Of a stretch of DNA of 64,000 nucleotides, positions 59,601 through 62,989 are shown in pieces. This DNA comes from Leucoraja ocellata. Taxonomy: Eukaryota. Every line of letters begins with the position of its first letter. Position 1 is the first letter of the stretch. A program made the position numbers and the translations under genes. The notes beneath the pieces were generated by a model that ran no database searches, was not told the DNA's origin, and saw nothing but the letters and a program-made list of their open reading frames with translations. The stretch lies in contig JAWMAR010000053.1 in the NCBI GenBank assembly GCA_036785375.1, positions 4,402,001-4,466,000 on the forward strand. The letters are read 5' to 3'.

Positions 59601-61452
59601 CTATAATATTTCATCAGGTGGCAGAGGAAAAATGGCCTGCCTCTAAAATTCCTGGCAGGTTACAAAGCTGAAGATGAAATACATTGATACTATTTTTAAA
59701 TGCAAGTAATTAAAAAGATGACAAAATTATTTTTAACTTAATCAAAAATAAAGATGTTAACTAAACACACAAAAGTATTTAGAAATAATTATAAACATAA
59801 AAATAAAGCAGATACAAAATTAAAAAGTAACACATTTCTTCCTAAAATTTTTACTTAACAATCTGCATTAAGTCTATACAGTTCTGCAGTTGGCTTGATC
59901 TTTTGTTGAATCCAAGAAGCAATTTCCCCAACTTAAATGACAGTAAGATGGAACATTAGTTGAACTGCCATTTCATTGGCGGCAGATCCAATTGAAACTA
60001 CTGTACTGACAAAAGTTAGCATGATCCAGGCCCATTAGAATTGTCTGATATTTATAATGCTACTCTTTTCTCCAACAGATCGTAAAATTCCACCAAGCTT
60101 TACTAAAAAACCTCTTGAAACAATACAGGATTCAGAAGGAAAATCTATAAAAATTGAAGCACGTGCTTCAGGTTCACAACCATTATCTGTAACCTGGTTC
60201 AAAGATGAGCAAGAGATCTTGGAAACTGGAAATTATGAATTATCCTTTAAAAATAATCTTGTCATTTTGAACATTAAGAAAGCACAGATTGTTGATTCTG
60301 GTATCTACATATGTGAAGTGGCGAATGATGCAGGCACAGCAAAGTTTAATGTGTCTGTACTGATCAAAGGTCAGTGATGGATATTCATCATTATAAGGAA
60401 TGGGGAAGTTTACACTGGCAAATTCTGTTTTGTTGAATCGTTTTTTGTTTAGTCTTGATACCATTTATTATTCTAATGTCGAATGGACATTCTTAAATCT
60501 TTGCACGTTGTTAACTTTTCTTGTACAGATTTTGTTGAAAGTCTGCCTTTTAATCAATAACGCTGTGGAAATTATATAGAAATTATATGTTGTTCATTTT
60601 TTCAGAGTTTGTGTATTGGTAAGGCCAGCATTTATGGTGCATCCCCAATGTCACTTTTTAGGTGGTGGTGAGTAATGTTCTTGAGGAACTCTAGCTAGTC
60701 TCATTCTGCCATTGACAGGGGCATCATACTATGTCATCTACTTTTTGTTGTTGGGCACTTTTCATCATTTCCTGGATAGGTCATAGAAACATAGAAAATA
60801 GGTGCAGGAGGAGGTCATTCGGCCCTTCGAGCCAGCACCGCCATTTATTGTGATCGTAGCTGATCGTCCCCAATCAATAACCCGTGCCTGCCTTCTCCCC
60901 ATATCCCTTGATTCCACTAGCCCCTAGGTCAGTAGTTGAAATTCTGTGTAGTGGATGAGTTCTAAAGGATAACATAAATGTATTGCCTGACAAAAATGCA
61001 TATATCCCTTGCATTATTGAAGGCCATTTATAATATTGAGTAACTGGCGCTAAGATGAAAAGAAAAATGGATTGTCTGGAAATGGCAAAATCTCAAGGGG
61101 AAGAGGGAATAAAAGTGATAATGAAATTTTAATGTATTAACTATTGACATTTATTTTGTTTTAGAACTGAAGAAACCACCTGTCTTTGATATTCCACTTA
61201 AACCAATGACAATAACAGAAGGAGAGTTATTGCAGCTAAAATGTCACGTTCATGGGTCGGAACCAATTAATGTCCAATGGTTCAAAGATAGGAAAGAAAT
61301 AAAACCATCTGAAAAACTGAACATGACTTTCATAGATGGCACAGCCACAGTTGAAATTAAAACAGTTGCCAAAACAGATAGTGGCGACTTCCTGTGTAAA
61401 GCCACAAATGAGGCTGGAACTGACAATTCCAAAGCCAAGCTAACAATCCAAG
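1..61452 (+). CDS. ttn: Titin, I-band segment from the N2B exon to the I79-like Ig (69 exons, 70 Ig domains; gene extends beyond both window edges)
   Basis: Tandem I-set Ig exons (EPPxF..LEC..GxP..W.K..DxGxYxC.AxN..G) with AG/GT boundaries, all splice junctions phase 1; order and sequence match vertebrate titin N2B, I27, I28/29, super-repeats, I78, I79. Confidence 0.97.
2889..3167 (+). CDS. ttn: Titin Ig exon, I27-like (human exon 50 equivalent)
   Basis: ccgcag|TG..ACTG|gtaagt, 279 nt; VPPVFKRKIE..VRFQWF..DCGEYTCRASN. Confidence 0.93.
3704..4267 (+). CDS. ttn: Titin two-Ig exon, I28/I29-like
   Basis: ttgcag|AA..AAAG|gtaagg, 564 nt; TTFVGKTARLEC..DKPSF..FEDKIAVMEI..CTASNEAGS. Confidence 0.93.
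4400..4725 (-). mobile_element. Degenerate tRNA-derived SINE (HE1/V-SINE-like)
   Basis: gggaggaaactggaacatctggaacaaactctcac..gagctgcgaggcagcacc..actgtgccg resembles the reverse strand of elasmobranch V-SINEs; boundaries approximate. Confidence 0.55.
5510..5950 (-). mobile_element. Highly decayed CR1-type LINE 3' fragment
   Basis: Weak resemblance to the younger CR1 tails in this window (gaaatataagaaatagagc.., cagagaatcccaaa); boundaries approximate. Confidence 0.35.
6370..6651 (+). CDS. ttn: Titin Ig exon A1 (hexamer 1)
   Basis: AG/GT, 282 nt, phase 1-1, Ig motifs. Confidence 0.9.
6752..7030 (+). CDS. ttn: Titin Ig exon B1
   Basis: AG/GT, 279 nt, KQIRPSKKYK signature. Confidence 0.9.
7176..7454 (+). 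CDS. ttn: Titin Ig exon C1
   Basis: AG/GT, 279 nt, KKIEN..WMKD signature. Confidence 0.9.
7546..7824 (+). CDS. ttn: Titin Ig exon D1
   Basis: AG/GT, 279 nt, EPAxI..VTAGDPATLE..YTFE signature. Confidence 0.9.
7921..8208 (+). CDS. ttn: Titin Ig exon E1
   Basis: AG/GT, 288 nt, DRxIxP long-linker start. Confidence 0.9.
8515..8692. mobile_element. Palindromic Penelope-tail-derived mini-element with 14-bp TSD
   Basis: agacacaaaatgctggagtaactcagtggg.. / ..cccactgagttactccagcattttgtgtct inverted arms; perfect flanking repeat ctgccattattcaa at 8501-8514 and 8693-8706. Confidence 0.8.
9106..9384 (+). CDS. ttn: Titin Ig exon F1
   Basis: AG/GT, 279 nt, VLP..GTPP..LFVK signature. Confidence 0.9.
9447..10998 (-). 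mobile_element. Penelope-like retroelement (RT plus GIY-YIG endonuclease, probably Neptune-type), 5'-truncated and decayed, 16-bp TSD
   Basis: Minus-strand QGVAVGTRMGPSCACLF..YLRYIDD (RT), GTFPCNRRRYYTCP Cys linker, CSRCGLLCIGETKRRL..RFAEH and HFN..H..L..GWNIDFS (GIY-YIG); flanks atcttattactc(c/t)ttg at 9431-9446 and 10999-11014. Confidence 0.9.
11200..11481 (+). CDS. ttn: Titin Ig exon A2
   Basis: AG/GT, 282 nt, open Ig frame. Confidence 0.9.
11608..11886 (+). CDS. ttn: Titin Ig exon B2
   Basis: AG/GT, 279 nt, open Ig frame. Confidence 0.9.
12016..12294 (+). CDS. ttn: Titin Ig exon C2
   Basis: AG/GT, 279 nt, open Ig frame. Confidence 0.9.
12515..13590 (-). mobile_element. Young 5'-truncated CR1-type LINE (ORF2 RT C-terminal half, 3' UTR, (TTTCTATG)n tail)
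   Basis: Uninterrupted 327-aa ORF 12611-13594 with GVPQGSVLGP, FADDTK, VRPHLEYCVQFWSP, FFTQRVVNLWNSLP. Confidence 0.95.
14747..15025 (+). CDS. ttn: Titin Ig exon D2
   Basis: AG/GT, 279 nt, open Ig frame. Confidence 0.9.
15136..15423 (+). CDS. ttn: Titin Ig exon E2
   Basis: AG/GT, 288 nt, open Ig frame. Confidence 0.9.
15693..15971 (+). CDS. ttn: Titin Ig exon F2
   Basis: AG/GT, 279 nt, open Ig frame. Confidence 0.9.
16292..16980. mobile_element. Non-autonomous TIR DNA transposon (Harbinger-like), right TIR partly deleted
   Basis: Left end gggcctgtcccacttgg shared with the 51129 MITE; right end gcagtcgcctgaaaaatcgcc-catta is the inverse of the left end with the outer TIR segment lost; GC-rich relative to the intron. 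Confidence 0.7.
17630..18240 (-). mobile_element. Decayed CR1-type LINE fragment
   Basis: Minus ORF LQLNNTLVRPH..RVQRRFTRIFPGL..LSYRERL..LGLYS. Confidence 0.8.
18624..18905 (+). CDS. ttn: Titin Ig exon A3
   Basis: AG/GT, 282 nt, open Ig frame. Confidence 0.9.
19012..19290 (+). CDS. ttn: Titin Ig exon B3
   Basis: AAG acceptor after an A-run, GT donor, 279 nt, open Ig frame. Confidence 0.87.
19444..19722 (+). CDS. ttn: Titin Ig exon C3
   Basis: AG/GT, 279 nt, open Ig frame. Confidence 0.9.
19832..20110 (+). CDS. ttn: Titin Ig exon D3
   Basis: AG/GT, 279 nt, open Ig frame. Confidence 0.9.
20420..20770. repeat. GC-rich element with ~55-bp imperfect inverted ends (MITE-like, unclassified)
   Basis: tgcggctcatgtagccctggg..ttcttcaatccgccgcc versus ggcagcagcctgaagag..cccaggggctacaacatgagccaca. 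Confidence 0.45.
20831..20990. mobile_element. Palindromic Penelope-tail-derived element with broken hammerhead motif
   Basis: acacaaagtgctggagtaactcag..gtctgaagaagggtcttga..ctgaattactccagcactttgtgt. Confidence 0.7.
21374..21661 (+). CDS. ttn: Titin Ig exon E3
   Basis: AG/GT, 288 nt, open Ig frame. Confidence 0.9.
21899..22505 (+). mobile_element. L2-clade LINE 3' fragment with (TTA)n tail
   Basis: HDHVSHLLASLHWLPIQYRIRFKI..GLAPSYL..RSLRS..GDRAFAVSAPRL; tail gtacagcactttgg..aataaagttattattatta. Confidence 0.85.
22984..23262 (+). CDS. ttn: Titin Ig exon F3
   Basis: AG/GT, 279 nt, open Ig frame. Confidence 0.9.
23450..23731 (+). CDS. ttn: Titin Ig exon A4
   Basis: AG/GT, 282 nt, open Ig frame. 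Confidence 0.9.
23818..24096 (+). CDS. ttn: Titin Ig exon B4
   Basis: AG/GT, 279 nt, open Ig frame. Confidence 0.9.
24255..24533 (+). CDS. ttn: Titin Ig exon C4
   Basis: AG/GT, 279 nt, open Ig frame. Confidence 0.9.
24647..24925 (+). CDS. ttn: Titin Ig exon D4 (core Trp replaced by Cys)
   Basis: AG/GT, 279 nt, LNVKCLKDG. Confidence 0.88.
26058..26345 (+). CDS. ttn: Titin Ig exon E4
   Basis: AG/GT, 288 nt, open Ig frame. Confidence 0.9.
26558..26836 (+). CDS. ttn: Titin Ig exon F4
   Basis: AG/GT, 279 nt, open Ig frame. Confidence 0.9.
27081..27362 (+). CDS. ttn: Titin Ig exon A5
   Basis: AG/GT, 282 nt, open Ig frame. Confidence 0.9.
27628..27800 (-). mobile_element. CR1 LINE 3' tail
   Basis: agaaacatagaaaatagg..ggccattcgg..gatcatggctgatc; matches the 12515 element. 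Confidence 0.85.
27905..28030 (-). mobile_element. Penelope 3' terminal-repeat fragment
   Basis: caaaatgctggagtaactcagcgggtcaggca..gacgtttcgggtcgagacccttcttcaga; homologous to 9449-9560. Confidence 0.8.
27960..27995 (-). ncRNA. Minimal type I hammerhead ribozyme motif (Penelope-associated), catalytic core intact
   Basis: Minus strand reads CTGAAGA-A-GGGT-CTCG-ACCC-GAAAC-GTC: CUGANGA box, extra A, stem II, GAAA box, palindromic ACGT stem III, GUC site; stem I is weak. Confidence 0.6.
28190..28680 (-). mobile_element. Highly decayed CR1-type LINE fragment
   Basis: Residual aatcttctctgcgcc..ccagaactgtgc..gacctaacca similarity to the CR1 minus strand; boundaries approximate. Confidence 0.45.
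28873..29151 (+). CDS. ttn: Titin Ig exon B5
   Basis: AG/GT, 279 nt, open Ig frame. Confidence 0.9.
29305..29583 (+). CDS. ttn: Titin Ig exon C5
   Basis: AG/GT, 279 nt, open Ig frame. Confidence 0.9.
30096..30374 (+). CDS. ttn: Titin Ig exon D5
   Basis: AG/GT, 279 nt, open Ig frame. Confidence 0.9.
30494..30781 (+). CDS. ttn: Titin Ig exon E5
   Basis: AG/GT, 288 nt, open Ig frame. Confidence 0.9.
31036..31314 (+). CDS. ttn: Titin Ig exon F5
   Basis: AG/GT, 279 nt, open Ig frame. Confidence 0.9.
31937..32218 (+). CDS. ttn: Titin Ig exon A6
   Basis: AG/GT, 282 nt, open Ig frame. Confidence 0.9.
32323..32601 (+). CDS. ttn: Titin Ig exon B6 (apparently chimeric)
   Basis: AG/GT, 279 nt, open Ig frame. 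Confidence 0.9.
32765..33043 (+). CDS. ttn: Titin Ig exon C6 (absent from the ORF track)
   Basis: ctag|AACCCCCAGGATTT..GCAG|gtcagt, 279 nt; EPPGFIKKIEN..WMKDK..YTCQVKNDAG; near copy of C4. Confidence 0.9.
33181..33459 (+). CDS. ttn: Titin Ig exon D6 (core Trp replaced by Cys)
   Basis: AG/GT, 279 nt, LNVKCFKDG. Confidence 0.88.
33805..34092 (+). CDS. ttn: Titin Ig exon E6
   Basis: AG/GT, 288 nt, open Ig frame. Confidence 0.9.
34329..34607 (+). CDS. ttn: Titin Ig exon F6
   Basis: AG/GT, 279 nt, open Ig frame. Confidence 0.9.
34844..35125 (+). CDS. ttn: Titin Ig exon A7
   Basis: AG/GT, 282 nt, open Ig frame. Confidence 0.9.
35850..36128 (+). CDS. ttn: Titin Ig exon B7
   Basis: AG/GT, 279 nt, open Ig frame. 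Confidence 0.9.
36257..36535 (+). CDS. ttn: Titin Ig exon C7
   Basis: AG/GT, 279 nt, open Ig frame. Confidence 0.9.
36824..37328 (+). mobile_element. CR1 LINE 3' fragment
   Basis: RKDILVIEAVQRRF..GHSLRIKGKPFKTEVRKNVFTQRVVNLWNSLP..GYGEKAGTGY plus tttctatgtttct tail. Confidence 0.92.
37599..37877 (+). CDS. ttn: Titin Ig exon D7
   Basis: AG/GT, 279 nt, open Ig frame. Confidence 0.9.
38007..38294 (+). CDS. ttn: Titin Ig exon E7
   Basis: AG/GT, 288 nt, open Ig frame. Confidence 0.9.
38563..38841 (+). CDS. ttn: Titin Ig exon F7
   Basis: AG/GT, 279 nt, open Ig frame. Confidence 0.9.
39152..39465 (-). mobile_element. CR1 LINE 3' fragment (same subfamily as 36824, opposite orientation)
   Basis: catagaacatagaaaataggtgcaggagg..ctgtggcccc; reverse complement of ~37028-37326. 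Confidence 0.9.
39563..40087 (+). mobile_element. Rex1/Babar-type LINE 3' fragment
   Basis: Translates IESILSGCITAWFGNSS..KLQRIMDAAQTIT..SGKRYSSVKTHSSRFRDSFY.AVIRQLN; tail ..aaaagcttttcac..taaactaaac. Confidence 0.75.
40286..40567 (+). CDS. ttn: Titin Ig exon A8
   Basis: AG/GT, 282 nt, open Ig frame. Confidence 0.9.
40678..40956 (+). CDS. ttn: Titin Ig exon B8
   Basis: AG/GT, 279 nt, open Ig frame. Confidence 0.9.
41215..41493 (+). CDS. ttn: Titin Ig exon C8
   Basis: AG/GT, 279 nt, open Ig frame. Confidence 0.9.
41647..41925 (+). CDS. ttn: Titin Ig exon D8
   Basis: AG/GT, 279 nt, open Ig frame. Confidence 0.9.
42038..42325 (+). CDS. ttn: Titin Ig exon E8
   Basis: AG/GT, 288 nt, open Ig frame. 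Confidence 0.9.
42507..42785 (+). CDS. ttn: Titin Ig exon F8
   Basis: AG/GT, 279 nt, open Ig frame. Confidence 0.9.
43215..43496 (+). CDS. ttn: Titin Ig exon A9
   Basis: AG/GT, 282 nt, open Ig frame. Confidence 0.9.
43599..43877 (+). CDS. ttn: Titin Ig exon B9
   Basis: AG/GT, 279 nt, open Ig frame. Confidence 0.9.
43987..44265 (+). CDS. ttn: Titin Ig exon C9
   Basis: AG/GT, 279 nt, open Ig frame. Confidence 0.9.
44383..44661 (+). CDS. ttn: Titin Ig exon D9
   Basis: AG/GT, 279 nt, open Ig frame. Confidence 0.9.
44765..45052 (+). CDS. ttn: Titin Ig exon E9
   Basis: AG/GT, 288 nt, open Ig frame. Confidence 0.9.
45440..46600 (-). mobile_element. Decayed Rex1-like LINE fragments
   Basis: ctgttcctgaacctgg..gtgtggccagggtgatgtggg..gatgatgctggctgc and tacagtgaaaagcttt are the inverse of the 39563 element; boundaries approximate. 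Confidence 0.5.
46716..46994 (+). CDS. ttn: Titin Ig exon F9
   Basis: AG/GT, 279 nt, open Ig frame. Confidence 0.9.
47021..47690 (+). mobile_element. Non-autonomous Helitron/Helentron-like element, copy 1
   Basis: 5' agaccaagtgggacc..ggtccc hairpin, internal tandem caatattccaccactcacc repeats, ..gctatcgtgtaccgtttt.., (CA)n, 3' gagagttttagtaatatatat. Confidence 0.6.
47580..47644. repeat. (CA)~32 microsatellite
   Basis: Perfect CA run inside element copy 1. Confidence 0.98.
47691..48266 (+). mobile_element. Non-autonomous Helitron/Helentron-like element, copy 2 (head-to-tail with copy 1)
   Basis: Starts tactagaccaagtgggacc, same internal blocks, (CAGA)n in place of (CA)n, ends gagagttttactaatgtatagat. 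Confidence 0.6.
48338..48616 (+). CDS. ttn: Titin Ig exon G (7th position of the 10-domain super-repeat)
   Basis: AG/GT, 279 nt; EPAVFQKKLKD..TTETSCILEILN..CEVENDAG. Confidence 0.9.
48736..49014 (+). CDS. ttn: Titin Ig exon H (absent from the + strand ORF track)
   Basis: cttag|AA..CAAG|gtgatg, 279 nt; EPPTFVQNLEPLEITVGDS..WYKGDTKLRATP..CKAENKIG. Confidence 0.9.
49141..49428 (+). CDS. ttn: Titin Ig exon I1 (triplet 1)
   Basis: AG/GT, 288 nt; PSFVRKLKNMEVTLGLPITFECC. Confidence 0.9.
49581..49868 (+). CDS. ttn: Titin Ig exon J1
   Basis: AG/GT, 288 nt; RSGGNYKITYVENT. Confidence 0.9.
49989..50143. mobile_element. Penelope-tail-derived palindromic insert with 17-bp TSD
   Basis: 128-nt spacerless palindrome 50016-50143; flanks actggttacttg(t/g)tcaa at 49972-49988 and 50144-50160. 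Confidence 0.85.
51129..51346. mobile_element. PIF/Harbinger-type MITE
   Basis: Perfect 28-bp TIR agggcctgtcccacttgggcgtcatttg / caaatgacgcccaagtgggacaggccct; TAA on both sides (51126-51128, 51347-51349); CpG-rich interior. Confidence 0.88.
51438..51728 (+). CDS. ttn: Titin Ig exon K1 (I78-like)
   Basis: AG/GT, 291 nt; ETIQETEGK..EARVSGSQP..FKNN. Confidence 0.9.
51965..52046 (+). mobile_element. ~82-nt Penelope-derived insert beginning with a hammerhead motif (G12A)
   Basis: ctgacga-a-gggtctcgaccc-aaaac-gtc-act..tttttgtgtcta; flanks tcttcattat(c/t)agt at 51951-51964 and 52047-52060. Confidence 0.75.
52701..52988 (+). CDS. ttn: Titin Ig exon I2
   Basis: AG/GT, 288 nt, near copy of I1. Confidence 0.9.
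53141..53428 (+). CDS. ttn: Titin Ig exon J2
   Basis: AG/GT, 288 nt, near copy of J1. Confidence 0.9.
54784..55074 (+). CDS. ttn: Titin Ig exon K2
   Basis: AG/GT, 291 nt, near copy of K1. Confidence 0.9.
55330..57105 (+). mobile_element. Old decayed CR1-type LINE ORF2
   Basis: Residual ggatttatgaaaggaaaattatgtttgactaat, tttggtgatgatagtaaactagg (FADD-like), gtggtgaacctttggaattct; many stops; boundaries approximate. Confidence 0.7.
55710..55794 (+). mobile_element. ~85-nt Penelope-derived insert beginning with a mutated hammerhead motif, nested in the old CR1
   Basis: tctgaagaagggtctcgacccaaaacatcacc..ctgagttactgcagc; flanks ttagaagca(a/g)ggat at 55696-55709 and 55795-55808. Confidence 0.75.
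57255..57585. repeat. Old interspersed repeat fragment (probable LINE end); second copy near 60620-60690
   Basis: attattgtccatcccgaatggcccttgataaggtggtgg..ttcttga resembles catttatggtgcatccccaatgtc..aggtggtggtga..ttcttga. Confidence 0.4.
57586..58003 (+). mobile_element. CR1 LINE 3' fragment
   Basis: gaatttagaaggatgagaggg..ttcacccagagagttgtgaatctgtggaattc..cacctattttctatgtttctatg. Confidence 0.9.
58183..58470 (+). CDS. ttn: Titin Ig exon I3
   Basis: AG/GT, 288 nt, near copy of I1/I2. Confidence 0.9.
58600..58640 (+). pseudogene. Fossil acceptor and first ~21 nt of a J-type exon (AG mutated to GG)
   Basis: atgtttccGG|tgtatagagttgcccctctat versus the J2 junction atgttttcAG|aatatagagttgctcctgtat. 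Confidence 0.75.
58804..59091 (+). CDS. ttn: Titin Ig exon J3
   Basis: AG/GT, 288 nt, near copy of J1/J2. Confidence 0.9.
60079..60369 (+). CDS. ttn: Titin Ig exon K3
   Basis: AG/GT, 291 nt, near copy of K1/K2. Confidence 0.9.
60782..60927 (-). mobile_element. CR1 LINE 3' tail
   Basis: catagaaacatagaaaataggtgcaggagg..ccactagccccta. Confidence 0.88.
61165..61452 (+). CDS. ttn: Titin Ig exon L (I79-like, last Ig before N2A)
   Basis: AG/GT, 288 nt; ELKKPPVFD..EGELLQLKCHVHGSEPI..EIKPSE..GTA..AKTDSGDF. Confidence 0.9.
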
Positions 61453-61779
61453 GTATGAATTAAATTGTTATTTGTTATGATGTGAGTGATGTATGGATGC
61501 CACAAATTTGTAAAATCATGGTTTGCTAAACATTCAACTTCTTGAACTTTTATGTATTAAGGCAAAATTGATGTTGCCTTGAGATACAGTATCTTTATTG
61601 TATTGAAAGACAAAGGAAGATTCCTCAGTCATGTAGTTTTGATCTTGATGGCTGAAACAACCAACAATCAATGGTCATATTTATGAAATGAATTCAATTC
61701 ACAAATTGAATTCATAAACTAATTGTGCCACATGTTGTCCCTTGACTTGATGATTCTAAAGAGTAATCATATATAGTCT

Positions 61780-61856
61780 TTATGCCGACTGGTTAGCATG
61801 CAACAAATAAACTTTTCACTGTACCTCGGTACATGTGGCAATAAACTAAACTAAAC
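61780..61856 (+). mobile_element. Rex1-like 3' tail fragment
   Basis: gactggttagcatgcaaca..cttttcactgtacctcggtac..aataaactaaactaaac matches 40030-40087. Confidence 0.65.
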
Positions 61857-62989
61857 CAGATGGTGTAACTGCATAGGCCAAGACCCCTTTGCTGTTTTGT
61901 GATACCTAATAAAAAAAGAACATTGCCTCTTGCTTATAAATTCATAAAGAACTATTATGACATTATTGCATTTTTTGACCTGATTTTTAATCACAATTTG
62001 TTTTTACTTGTTGTTAGATAGCCAATGTGGTTTATTACTGAGCTAATGCATTTTATATTCTGTGTCATAGAGAAGACAGATTTATATTTAATTGTAGCTC
62101 TGTTCGTTACAAAGCTCAATATCATCACTTCTGTGTTTCAATACTTACTAAATGTTTTTCATATTGCAGCAGAAATCTTTTTTTAATTGCAATACCGAAG
62201 AATTTTATGTTCTTTTTGTTTGCTAAGCATAAAACAAAACATAACTAATTCTTGTTATGAAATGTTGATGCATATAATTTTAAAGCATGAGATATATCAT
62301 ATAAGTAATTATTAACATGTTCACAGTAGTACAATTTCATGTTCAAGTGTAATTATTTTTTATATACCTTGATGAATTATTTGTATATCGATAACTGGTG
62401 GACACATGTCGACTACACATATATATCAAAATAGATAAGAGCGCAATATTTTTGATTTGTAAAACATGGGGATAGGTCTGCCCACCACCTTCTTACAATT
62501 AATGTAATTACAATGTGTAGCTATTGTGTTGGTACAACCACAAAGACCCAATTGCCTTTCTGAATGGGAATTTATATGACTGCAAATGTAATTTTGCATA
62601 TAACCCAACATGTCCCAGCCATTGCCAAGTCGTAACAAATATATGGATGTGTGACTGATTCCTTATTATCATTAATTGAATATTTCTCTATTGTTCCTGA
62701 ATGGCTTTATCAATAATATCTATATTAATTAAATATTACAATTAGATCCACACCACGATAGAAAGATGGGGAAAGAAATACTTGAATTGTAATTATGTAG
62801 AGAAAATGCATGAGTATTATGCCAAACGATGTACTGATGTGAATTTGTAAAATTGCAATCTGTTGGGGATTCAAGAGTGGTACAATGATTATTTTGAATA
62901 TTAATTGCTAAAATCCAATAGGTAACGTTTGGTTCAGAGGTTAAAGTGCACAACATCAGGAGCATTTTGAACGTACCCTCTTCCATTTT

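Noticed and set aside
1376-61438. Numerous minus-strand ORFs overlapping Ig exons (e.g. 7532-7813, 23807-24076, 44306-44674) with recurring GVP/GGS motifs
   Set aside because: Antisense shadows of the conserved titin codons; no independent splice or start signals
6370-61452. Interpretation as a cluster of separate small Ig genes, an antigen-receptor locus or a Dscam-like mutually exclusive array
   Set aside because: No leader exons or recombination signal sequences seen; domains are I-set, and their order follows titin I27-I79 colinearly
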